From Candidatus Wolfebacteria bacterium GW2011_GWA1_44_24 (lineage in GTDB: Bacteria; Patescibacteriota; Minisyncoccia; UBA6257; UBA9933), in contig LCIO01000001.1 in assembly GCA_001001115.1 (NCBI GenBank), positions 236,339 through 300,338 of the forward strand: DNA of 64,000 bases. Direction: 5' to 3'. The notes beneath the pieces were generated by a model. It made no database searches. It saw only the letters and a list, made by a program, of their open reading frames with translations, and was not told the origin of the DNA. Made by a program: the position numbers and the translations under genes. This document shows, piece after piece, positions 30,075-36,998 of the stretch. Numbering within the stretch: position 1 is the stretch's first letter; each line of letters opens with the position of its first letter.

Positions 30075-30204
30075 GTGCAGTATTCTTGAATTAGTCCGAA
30101 CGCATTTCGTCCTGAGCTTGTCGAAGGGTGAGGAAGTCCCACCGCGAAAATTCGGAAAGGCGGCGGAGCCGCACCGCTGACAATTTCAAGTTTTTCTTTG
30201 GCGG
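30075..30204. repeat. Intergenic modular repeat, copy A (modules M1 GGTGCAGTATTCTTGAATTAGTCCGAACRCATTTCG … M2 GCGGAGCCGCACCGCTGACAATTTCAAGTTTTTCTTTGGCGGC)
   Basis: Same two end modules at 51518-51656 with a different GC-rich middle. M2 also occurs at 52812-52852. Confidence 0.7.
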
Positions 30205-31029
30205 CTACTTTATCTTTTTAACTTTAATCCCATGTTTATGCAAGAGTTTAATCCCATCATCATTTCCATAAGGATGCAAATAATAAACTTCCGAAATATG
30301 TTTTTTCAAAATTTCTTGAGAGCAAAGAATACATGGCGGAATAAGAATATAAAGTTTTGTCTTTTTCAAATCAACACCTTTAGATTCTGCTTTTTTGATA
30401 ACAATATGCTCGGCATGTATGTCTTTGCTCTCAATGTTGTCCGACTCGGCAATAATCTTTCCTTGCAAAGTAATAAGCGCGGAAATTTTTCCAATAGATG
30501 CCTTGCTATGGTCAGCCAAAAAATACAAGCGTCGAACAATTGGATTTTTAATTTTGGAATAATCGCGCTGTGCCAATATCTGTTTGGCAAGAAAACTCGT
30601 GCTGGAGCAGCGCACGTCTTTCTCAAGGAAAACTACTTTAATATTTGGAAATTTGTCGTTAATCAAACGAGCGCGGTATTTTCTATACTTCATCGTCTCT
30701 TTCGAGAAAACGTAGTTTCGCGGTTTGATAATTTCCAAATATTTTTCGTAGTGAGACGGCTTATCGAGAATCAAAACAAAATCAACAAATTCAAGTGCCG
30801 CGACAATTTCAGCACGACGTTTTTCACTAACGATGGGGCGATTAAATCCCTTCCGAACCCTAACTGTTTTGTCCGCTTGGACGATTACGACGAGGGGTCT
30901 GCCGACTTCGCTACATTTCCGCAAATAGCGGAGGTGGCCAGCATGGAACAAATCAAAAACGCCACCGACGAGCGTTGCTGTATGTGGCTTGAGCGTCTTT
31001 TTGAGCTTTGTAAGGGTAATAATTTTCAT
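30205..31029 (-). CDS. Fusion protein: N-terminal cytidylyltransferase-fold nucleotidyltransferase (archaeal RibL/FAD-synthase-like, HxGH motif) + C-terminal CMP/dCMP-type zinc deaminase domain (HAE…PCxxC)
   Basis: N-terminus GGVFDLFHAGHLRYL plus …NRPIVSEKRRAEIVAALEFVDFV (compare RibL …RKPIIPEEQRREMVEALKPVD). C-terminus HAEHIVI…LIPPCILCSQ. Preceded by module M4 TTTTGGGGGAAGAAAATTTTTT directly 5' of the ATG. Confidence 0.6.
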   Translation of the reverse strand: MKIITLTKLKKTLKPHTATLVGGVFDLFHAGHLRYLRKCSEVGRPLVVIVQADKTVRVRKGFNRPIVSEKRRAEIVAALEFVDFVLILDKPSHYEKYLEIIKPRNYVFSKETMKYRKYRARLINDKFPNIKVVFLEKDVRCSSTSFLAKQILAQRDYSKIKNPIVRRLYFLADHSKASIGKISALITLQGKIIAESDNIESKDIHAEHIVIKKAESKGVDLKKTKLYILIPPCILCSQEILKKHISEVYYLHPYGNDDGIKLLHKHGIKVKKIK

Positions 31030-31034
31030 TCATT

Positions 31035-31155
31035 ATTTAAAAAATTTTCTTCCCCCAAAATGCAAAATCGCCAATTCGTTTTTGCCCCCAAAATTGAATA
31101 CCGATTGGTCGCCGAGCGAAGCGAGGCGAACCTTTCAAACTTGCGAATTCCTTTC
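31035..31155. repeat. Intergenic modular repeat, copy E (module M4 AAAAAATTTTCTTCCCCCAAAAT + tRNA-proximal module …CAAACTTGCGAATTCCTTTC) in the 3' trailer of tRNA-Leu
   Basis: M4 is identical to 53641-53663. tRNA-proximal part resembles 53741-53760. Confidence 0.6.
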
Positions 31156-31240
31156 TGGTGCCGAGGGTGGGATTTGAACCCACACGCCTTGCGGCGCCAG
31201 CTCCTAAAGCTGGTGCGTCTGCCAATTTCGCCACCTCGGC
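31156..31240 (-). tRNA. tRNA-Leu (anticodon TAG), CCA encoded
   Basis: GCCGAGG-TG-GCGAAATTGGCAGACGC-ACCAGC-TTTAGGA-GCTGG-long variable arm-GGGTTCAAATCCCACCCTCGGCACCA. Confidence 0.85.
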
Positions 31241-31247
31241 AAAAAGA

Positions 31248-31276
31248 TTGACTTTCAATTTAGATTATGTTATAAA
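31248..31276 (+). promoter_or_regulatory. σ70-like promoter for the SPFH gene (TTGACT-17 nt-TATAAA)
   Basis: TTGACTttcaatttagattatgtTATAAA ~90 nt upstream of the SD AGGAGG and ATG at 31370. Confidence 0.5.
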
Positions 31277-31369
31277 TCTAATCAAGTTCTTTCACATAAA
31301 TAATATGGCGGAATTGAGATAAAAACAACTTAACTGGCCCCGCTAAACAAGGGCAAACAAGGAGGAAAT

Positions 31370-32626
31370 ATGGATATGGGAAAAAAAGAGTCGTTGCTGA
31401 AAGCGCTTAAAGGCTTCTGGCTCGCGCTTAAAGGATTCTGGCTCGCAATGGGCATAATCTGCTTAATCCTGTTTTCCGCCGATATCTGGTTATCCGGATA
31501 TTCAAATTCCACGACATTTCTTGGCGCGGAATGGAAATGGAATTGGGGGTTGGCGGCATTTTTAGCCCAATTGTTTTATGTCGTTGTAAGTTTCCGGATA
31601 GTCGGACCGACAGAACTCGGAGCGGTGCTTTTCTTCGGAAAACCTCTATATAACGTGAAGTCCGGGCTAAACCTCGTTCCGTTCCTTGTGTGTCGGTTAG
31701 TAAAGAATACAAGGAATATTATCGAGATTGAGCTTCCTACTAGGCCTGAACTAATATTCAGGTCGGAATTAGAAAAAGAAGAGGTTGTTCCAAAGGATCT
31801 TCTGGACAATGGATACAAACCTCCAATCAGGGTTCAATTTGGCGCGCCGGGAATTGAATTGAGCACAAAAGAACTCGAGTCTCAGCTCAACGATCCCAAT
31901 ATCATGGAAGATGAACGCAAAAGATTGGAGAGAATCAAAAAACTCTATGAGACTTTAAATAGGTTTATAGCAAACGAAAATATCCAAAACGATCCGCTAA
32001 ATGTCCGCATGACTGCGGAAACTCCTCTCACGGTTCGATTGAAAATCAAAAGCCTTGTTAGGTTTTTGATAACGTTCGATTCACTAGAGAAAGCAAAAGG
32101 CCAAATCCAAGATATCGCGGTAGCGATGCTTAACCGCGAATTTTCAAAAATCACTCCCGCGGTGGCTCAAGCTCATCTCGGAACGTTTAGTGAGCTCATC
32201 AAAGAGGAAATCGCCGAAAGAATAGAGAGCAATAAGGGTGATGGCGGCATAGAGATTGTGACTGTGCTTTTGCGTCCTTTTGGCTACAGTCACAAACTTA
32301 ACGCATCTCTTCAATCATTTGCCGAAGCGCGAGCGAAAAAGCGGGCAACGGTTATTGATGCCGAAGCTCAGAAAGAGAAAGATACGCTTGAAGGCGAAGG
32401 AAAAGGTGCCGCTGAAAAAGCTATTATTGATGGAAGGACTGAGGGGTTTAAAGGAATGATGGAAAAACTCGGAGTTTCTGCTCAAGAGGTGCTTGGAGCT
32501 GAAATCGCCAGAGAATTCGCTGTCAATCCCGGCCAAAAAACGGTTATCGTCGGTCAAAAAGGCTTTGCTGATGTTCTTGGCATTGCCGCTGCGATAGGCG
32601 AGACTTTCAAGGAGGGAGGAAAATGA
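31370..32626 (+). CDS. SPFH/band-7 (stomatin/flotillin/HflK-like) membrane-scaffold protein
   Basis: Strong SD (CAAGGAGGAAAT). N-terminal TM. SPFH core …VVSFRIVGPTELGAVLFFGK…NLVPFLVCRLVKNTRNIIEIELP… Long C-terminal coiled-coil/Ala-rich region. N-terminal tandem duplication LKALKGFWLALKGFWLA. Confidence 0.75.
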   Translation: MDMGKKESLLKALKGFWLALKGFWLAMGIICLILFSADIWLSGYSNSTTFLGAEWKWNWGLAAFLAQLFYVVVSFRIVGPTELGAVLFFGKPLYNVKSGLNLVPFLVCRLVKNTRNIIEIELPTRPELIFRSELEKEEVVPKDLLDNGYKPPIRVQFGAPGIELSTKELESQLNDPNIMEDERKRLERIKKLYETLNRFIANENIQNDPLNVRMTAETPLTVRLKIKSLVRFLITFDSLEKAKGQIQDIAVAMLNREFSKITPAVAQAHLGTFSELIKEEIAERIESNKGDGGIEIVTVLLRPFGYSHKLNASLQSFAEARAKKRATVIDAEAQKEKDTLEGEGKGAAEKAIIDGRTEGFKGMMEKLGVSAQEVLGAEIAREFAVNPGQKTVIVGQKGFADVLGIAAAIGETFKEGGK

Positions 32627-33132
32627 GACTGGAGTTAATAATCTTTTTCATCTTTCTTGCAAGCGCGATTGTACTTTTCGCGTGGAAAAAAATAGAAAAA
32701 GAGGTTGAGAAGCCACAAGAGAAAAAACCCGGAGGGCCACAGCCGCCATCACCTAGCCGGAAAAAAATCCACTTAGCTAATGGCGTTGGGCTGGCCATAA
32801 TAATCCTCGCCGCAGTTATCATCTACAAGATGGTCGGAGAGGAATGGTTTCAGCCGCGGACGGCAACGGCAATCCACAAAGTCTGGGTTTTAGACCAGAC
32901 TGTGACGGTGTCATCAAATGAGTGGGTAAATTTACCCATAAAGTTTGACGGCAAGGAGTATAAGTTTGCTCCGGACACGACATCGGCAGAGATTGAATTC
33001 GTTGCCGACGGCCGTTACGGAATCGCCGACAGCCGCACCCAGTTTGACTTCGGAGAAATCCGAAAGTCGCTGAAGGCTAGAGCAATAAAGGAAAAAGCGG
33101 TGGTTTATATGTATACCGCTAATCCTTCCTGA
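32623..33132 (+). CDS. Membrane protein translationally coupled to the SPFH gene (possible NfeD-like partner)
   Basis: ATGA overlap with upstream stop. Two hydrophobic segments separated by a Pro/Lys-rich linker. β-rich C-terminal domain. NfeD assignment is by gene context only. Confidence 0.45.
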   Translation: MRLELIIFFIFLASAIVLFAWKKIEKEVEKPQEKKPGGPQPPSPSRKKIHLANGVGLAIIILAAVIIYKMVGEEWFQPRTATAIHKVWVLDQTVTVSSNEWVNLPIKFDGKEYKFAPDTTSAEIEFVADGRYGIADSRTQFDFGEIRKSLKARAIKEKAVVYMYTANPS

Positions 33133-33149
33133 GAAGGTGATTTATTCAA

Positions 33150-33185
33150 AGCCGCGCAAGGATTTATCCAAGCGCGGCTGTTTTA
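33150..33185 (+). terminator. Rho-independent terminator
   Basis: AGCCGCGCAAGG-atttatcc-AAGCGCGGCT followed by GTTTTATTTT. Confidence 0.6.
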
Positions 33186-33250
33186 TTTTAAAATTATTTG
33201 TTATTATGAATATATTGATATTGGTTGAATTTAATTTATAATTTAATTGA

Positions 33251-33670
33251 ATGATTAAATCATTTTCCGGAAATAAATTTTTATATTTGATTGCGATATT
33301 TATCATTTTTTTAAACATTCTGTTTTTTATCGGTATTAATAATATATCAGCGGCGGAGCCTCCTCCCGGCGGCACAACATACACCACTCCCTCTAAAAGC
33401 GGCGGTTTATACGACCCCTTGGGGGGACAAACCATCACCAGTTTAATCCAAAATCTTATCGGGTTTCTCATTAAAATCGGCGCGCCTATCGTGGCTTTGA
33501 TGGTTTTATACGGCGGTTTTTTGATATTGACCGCCGGCGACAAACCCGAGCAGATTACCAAGGGAAAAAACACCATTCTTTACGCGGCTATTGGCTATAC
33601 AATTATCTTGTGTTCTTGGGGCGTTATTTATATAATTCAACAAGTACTGGGAGCGAAATTAATAAAATGA
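33251..33670 (+). CDS. Small secreted two-TM-helix protein, subfamily B (…YGGFLILTAG…); first gene of the tandem array
   Basis: Promoter TTGATA-16-TATAAT upstream. Signal peptide/anchor then AEPPPGG…, TM1 IGAPIVALMVLYGGFLILTAG, loop DKPEQITKGKN, TM2 TILYAAIGYTIILCSWGVIYII. Paralog of 35319..35708 (-). Confidence 0.7.
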   Translation: MIKSFSGNKFLYLIAIFIIFLNILFFIGINNISAAEPPPGGTTYTTPSKSGGLYDPLGGQTITSLIQNLIGFLIKIGAPIVALMVLYGGFLILTAGDKPEQITKGKNTILYAAIGYTIILCSWGVIYIIQQVLGAKLIK

Positions 33671-33999
33671 AAATCTTAAACAAAATTTCATTATTTTCAA
33701 CAATTTTTTATTTAATGGGCATTTTCCCATTAATTGGTTTTGCTCAAGAATCTCCCGTTAAAAGCATTGATGATGTAATGAATGTTTTAAAAAGCATTGT
33801 TAATGTGATGTACACGGCTTTCTTTATTGTGGCGATTATGTTTATAATCCTTGCGGCTTTTAATTATTTAACCGCCCAAGACGATCCGGAAAAAATCAAA
33901 AGCGCCACTCGCCAGATAATGTGGGCGGCGGTGGCGATAGCGGTGGCTTTAATTTCGGTAGGATTTAATAAAATTGTAGAAAGTTTTATAAAACCATAA
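33667..33999 (+). CDS. Small secreted two-TM-helix protein, subfamily A (…LAAF(N/T)YLTAQxDPEKIK…), array gene 2
   Basis: ATGA-coupled to gene 1. Signal peptide …PLIGFA|QE. TM1 …MYTAFFIVAIMFIILAAFNYLTAQDDPEKIKSATRQIMWAAVAIAVALISVGF. 56-nt stretch identical to gene 3. Confidence 0.7.
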   Translation: MKILNKISLFSTIFYLMGIFPLIGFAQESPVKSIDDVMNVLKSIVNVMYTAFFIVAIMFIILAAFNYLTAQDDPEKIKSATRQIMWAAVAIAVALISVGFNKIVESFIKP

Positions 34000-34461
34000 A
34001 TGTTTTTGAATATAAAAAAAATCTTTATTTTATTATTGATATTGGGAATTATTTTCCCGATTTTTTCATTTGCTGCGTTTCCTGTGGGAGAAGTTGCTGG
34101 GCCTGGAGGAAAATTACCAGAAGGCGCGGGAATTAAAGAAGTTTCTGATTTAGTTGGCATTCTTACAAAAGTTCTTGCGTGGATATATACAATTCTTTTT
34201 ATTATTGCGATTATATTCATCCTCATTGCCGCTTTCACTTATTTAACCGCTCAAGCGGACCCGGAAAAAATCAAAACTGCCACTCGCCAGATAATGTGGG
34301 CGGCGGTGGCGATAGCGGTGGCTTTAATTTCGGTGAGTATTAATGTGATAATAAGCAATTTTATAAGCCCAAGCGATAGTGGAGTTTTAGTAAATCCTAG
34401 CGGACAAAGTCCTTATTATTTAGATGTAGATCTTGGAATTTTCAATAAACCGCGAAAATAA
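34000..34461 (+). CDS. Small secreted two-TM-helix protein, subfamily A, array gene 3 (longest; extra C-terminal tail)
   Basis: Start codon immediately after the gene 2 stop. Signal peptide …IFSFA|AFPV. Conserved core IAAFTYLTAQADPEKIKTATRQIMWAAVAIAVALISV. Confidence 0.7.
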   Translation: MFLNIKKIFILLLILGIIFPIFSFAAFPVGEVAGPGGKLPEGAGIKEVSDLVGILTKVLAWIYTILFIIAIIFILIAAFTYLTAQADPEKIKTATRQIMWAAVAIAVALISVSINVIISNFISPSDSGVLVNPSGQSPYYLDVDLGIFNKPRK

Positions 34462-34467
34462 ATAAAG

Positions 34468-34836
34468 ATGAAAAAAGTTTTAATTTTATCAATATTTTTA
34501 TCAATATTTATTGCAAATAATTCTTTTGCCATAACTGCCGGAACAATTCCTTCAGCCGAGCAATTGGGCGTTTCTAACGCCCCGAAAATTGAAAAAGTTG
34601 ACACATTAGTTAATATTATTAGAAATATCGTAAAGTGGACATATATAATTTTCTTTATCGTGGCCGTATTTTTTATAATTTTAGCGGCTTTCACTTATTT
34701 AACCGCTCAAGCGGACCCAGAAAAAATCAAAACTGCCAATAAACAAATTCTTTACGCGGTTATCGCCATTGTTATCGCTCTTTTAGCCATCGGCTTTGAT
34801 ACGATAATAAAATCATTTCTGCAAAGCGGCGCTTGA
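34468..34836 (+). CDS. Small secreted two-TM-helix protein, subfamily A, array gene 4
   Basis: Signal peptide …NNSFA|ITAG. Core NIVKWTYIIFFIVAVFFIILAAFTYLTAQADPEKIKTANKQILYAVIAIVIALLAIGFDTII. Confidence 0.7.
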   Translation: MKKVLILSIFLSIFIANNSFAITAGTIPSAEQLGVSNAPKIEKVDTLVNIIRNIVKWTYIIFFIVAVFFIILAAFTYLTAQADPEKIKTANKQILYAVIAIVIALLAIGFDTIIKSFLQSGA

Positions 34837-34904
34837 TTGCTTTTTAGCTTGAATGTTTTAATATATTAATATGTATTGAAAAGGTCGCAAATGCTTATTT
34901 AATT

Positions 34905-35258
34905 ATGAAAACAAAAATTTTTATTATTGCCGCGGGATTATTGGCAGTTTCGGCAATCGCGGGAAATGTCGCTTTAGCGATTCAAATTCCGGGTATCAGT
35001 CAGGTCGGCCCCACATCGGTGACCGGAACAGTGGATGTGATTAAAAATATTGTTAAGTGGGTTTATATTCTATTCTTCATCATCGCCGTTCTTTTCATTA
35101 TTTTGGCGGCTTTCAATTATTTGACTGCCCAGGGCGACGAAGAAAAAGTCAAAACCGCGAAAAATCAGATTATTTACGCGGTAGTGGCGATTGTCGTGGC
35201 TTTGCTGGCCGTCAGTTTTGACACCATTATCAGCAATTTCCTGCAAAGCGGTCAATAA
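34905..35258 (+). CDS. Small secreted two-TM-helix protein, subfamily A, array gene 5
   Basis: Signal peptide …NVALA|IQIP. Core NIVKWVYILFFIIAVLFIILAAFNYLTAQGDEEKVKTAKNQIIYAVVAIVVALLAVSFDTII. Confidence 0.7.
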   Translation: MKTKIFIIAAGLLAVSAIAGNVALAIQIPGISQVGPTSVTGTVDVIKNIVKWVYILFFIIAVLFIILAAFNYLTAQGDEEKVKTAKNQIIYAVVAIVVALLAVSFDTIISNFLQSGQ

Positions 35259-35278
35259 ATTCTCAAAATTTTCCAAAC

Positions 35279-35316
35279 AAAAAACCCCGTTAGAATTTTC
35301 TATCGGGGTTTTTGTT
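35279..35316. terminator. Bidirectional terminator between convergent array genes
   Basis: AAAAACCCCG-ttagaattttctat-CGGGGTTTTT (A-run/T-run flanked). Confidence 0.5.
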
Positions 35317-35318
35317 TA

Positions 35319-35708
35319 TCAGCAGAATTTTCCCGCCTTTCCCCATTCCCAGGGCTTGAAGCTGCCTCCTCCTAAAATTTCTATAACTTCCCTAATAATC
35401 AGCCAGGCGCCCACGGCGATTAAAACGCCGATAATCGCCGATTGGATGATTTTCCGGCCTTGGGCCGCCCGTTCGGCCGATTCTCCGGCGGTCAATATTA
35501 CAAATCCGCCGTAAACAATGAAAATCACCGTAACGGGAATGGCGATGTTGTAAAGAGCGAAATTAATGACATTTTCAGCCAAAGTTTTCAGATGGCAAAA
35601 ATTGCACGCCGGTTCTCCGGCGCCGCCGCACGGCACAAGACCGGCGGCTTGAACAGCCATAACAGAAAACACGAAACAGAAAATGGAAAATAGAATTATT
35701 TTTTTCAT
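35319..35708 (-). CDS. Small secreted two-TM-helix protein, subfamily B (…YGGFVILTAG…), convergent with the array
   Basis: Signal peptide …AVQA|AGLVPCGG. Cys-rich N-terminus (CGGAGEPACNFC). TM1 IAIPVTVIFIVYGGFVILTAGESAERAAQGRK, TM2 IIQSAIIGVLIAVGAWLII. Paralog of 33251..33670. Confidence 0.7.
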   Translation of the reverse strand: MKKIILFSIFCFVFSVMAVQAAGLVPCGGAGEPACNFCHLKTLAENVINFALYNIAIPVTVIFIVYGGFVILTAGESAERAAQGRKIIQSAIIGVLIAVGAWLIIREVIEILGGGSFKPWEWGKAGKFC

Positions 35709-36998
35709 TTAAAGATTATTTATCTCGTTTTCGGCCTGTTCCAGCGCTTTTTCCGGCGACAATCTTCCGTTTAACACAGATTCTACCATATTGGAAAAAA
35801 TTTGTTTAACCGCGTTGTTGTCCGGCTGAAACCAGGATTTGGCGGTCAGAGTTTGATTAACAAATACTCCCAAGTCCGGGTCGTTTTGATATTTTTTGAA
35901 TAAATCTCTTAACGCCGGCGGCCGCTTTGACGCCAGAAGATACTGTTCGGCGATTTGATTATTGGCGGCAACGGAGATTATAAAATCCCACGCCAAAGCC
36001 GCGTTTTTGCTTTGATTAGAAACTGCCAAGCCCCAATAATCGGCGTAATTTACCGGCTTTTCTTTATTAAACTGAAGCATCGGCGCAACCGCCAAATTCA
36101 AAAAAGGATTTTTTGATTTAATAACCGGAATTGCCGAAGCATAATTCAAAATCGCGGCGGTTGTTTCCTGGCTGAAATTATCCAAAGAAGGCCGGAGGTT
36201 GTCGTTCCAGGTGTAATAAACGCTGGAAGGATTGCCGAATTGAAGATAAAAATTCAGGGCCTCAAGGCCGCCGGTTCTGGAAAAATTCGCTTGGCCGTTT
36301 TTATCGATCATTTCGGCGCCGAACTGAAACATCAATAAACTCAATAAATCGCCGGCCTTGTCAACGCTTTTTTCCGAACCGCCGATTGCCAAAGCCGCTT
36401 TGGCGATTTTGCCGCCGGAACCGATTTCTCTGAGCCGCGGAATCAGATATTTGAATTCATCCCAAGTTTTCGGCGCCACTGCCGCGCCTTTGACGTCAAA
36501 ATAATCTTTATTGTAAATCAGCGCGAGGGTATCAACATAAAGAGGCAAAGCGTAAATTCTGGCGGCGCTTGTAAAATCCTGCTCCGCCACTTGAGGGAAC
36601 AATTGGCGAAATCGGGCTAAAGAAATTTGCGTTTCAGCTGCCGGAAAAATTTTATTGTAATGTTTCGGCAGCCAACTATTGCGAAACATAAAAATATCCG
36701 GACCTTGACCGCTGGCCAAGGCGTCAACCAGAGAATCTTCAAAACTGTTTTCCGGAAATTGAGCGTAAGTTATTCTGACGCTCGGATTAATCTGGGAATA
36801 AGCGTCTATGGTTTGCCTCATTATCGTTTCATCTTCAATGCCCCAGAAAACGATTTCCGTTTGTTTTCCGCCGTAAAGGCCGCCGCCGGTTCCCGATTGC
36901 CTTAATCCCGGAAGGACGCCCAAAAGAATCAAAACGAAAAATAAAACCGCTGATCCGGCAATGCCAATAATAATTATTTGATTGCGGGTGAAATTCAT
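35709..36998 (-). CDS. ABC transporter extracellular solute-binding protein (family 1, sugar/oligosaccharide type)
   Basis: N-terminal TM anchor. 429 aa with SBP_bac_1-like composition (…IVFWG…DIFMF…W…). Confidence 0.6.
   Translation of the reverse strand: MNFTRNQIIIIGIAGSAVLFFVLILLGVLPGLRQSGTGGGLYGGKQTEIVFWGIEDETIMRQTIDAYSQINPSVRITYAQFPENSFEDSLVDALASGQGPDIFMFRNSWLPKHYNKIFPAAETQISLARFRQLFPQVAEQDFTSAARIYALPLYVDTLALIYNKDYFDVKGAAVAPKTWDEFKYLIPRLREIGSGGKIAKAALAIGGSEKSVDKAGDLLSLLMFQFGAEMIDKNGQANFSRTGGLEALNFYLQFGNPSSVYYTWNDNLRPSLDNFSQETTAAILNYASAIPVIKSKNPFLNLAVAPMLQFNKEKPVNYADYWGLAVSNQSKNAALAWDFIISVAANNQIAEQYLLASKRPPALRDLFKKYQNDPDLGVFVNQTLTAKSWFQPDNNAVKQIFSNMVESVLNGRLSPEKALEQAENEINNL

Noticed and set aside
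30075-30112. Repeat module M1 (…CAGGACGAAAUGCG…) as a guanidine-III (ykkC-III) riboswitch
   Set aside because: Only the GGACGA..UGCG stretch resembles the motif; the required P2 3' strand complementary to GCG(U/C)(U/C) is absent, so the pseudoknot cannot form.
29492-30142. N-terminal 25 aa (MGLPHPSTSSGRNAFGLIQEYCTLF) of the DedA ORF, and the entire 51503..51694 ORF (…NVFGLIQEYCTKFSF)
   Set aside because: Both are translations of repeat module M1 in the same orientation. The recurrence is at DNA level in non-coding context, not a protein family.
30232-31251. 339-aa plus-strand ORF spanning the nucleotidyltransferase-deaminase gene and tRNA-Leu
   Set aside because: Overlaps a tRNA gene and is antisense to a motif-supported CDS; no domain features.
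33142-35276. Minus-strand ORFs 33142..33576, 33864..34238, 34416..34694, 35070..35276 and plus-strand 35191..35514 / 35442..35693 opposite the small-protein array
   Set aside because: They are shadow frames of the plus-strand (or minus-strand) paralog genes. Their translations lack signal peptides and the conserved two-helix core, and have no RBS or coupling pattern.
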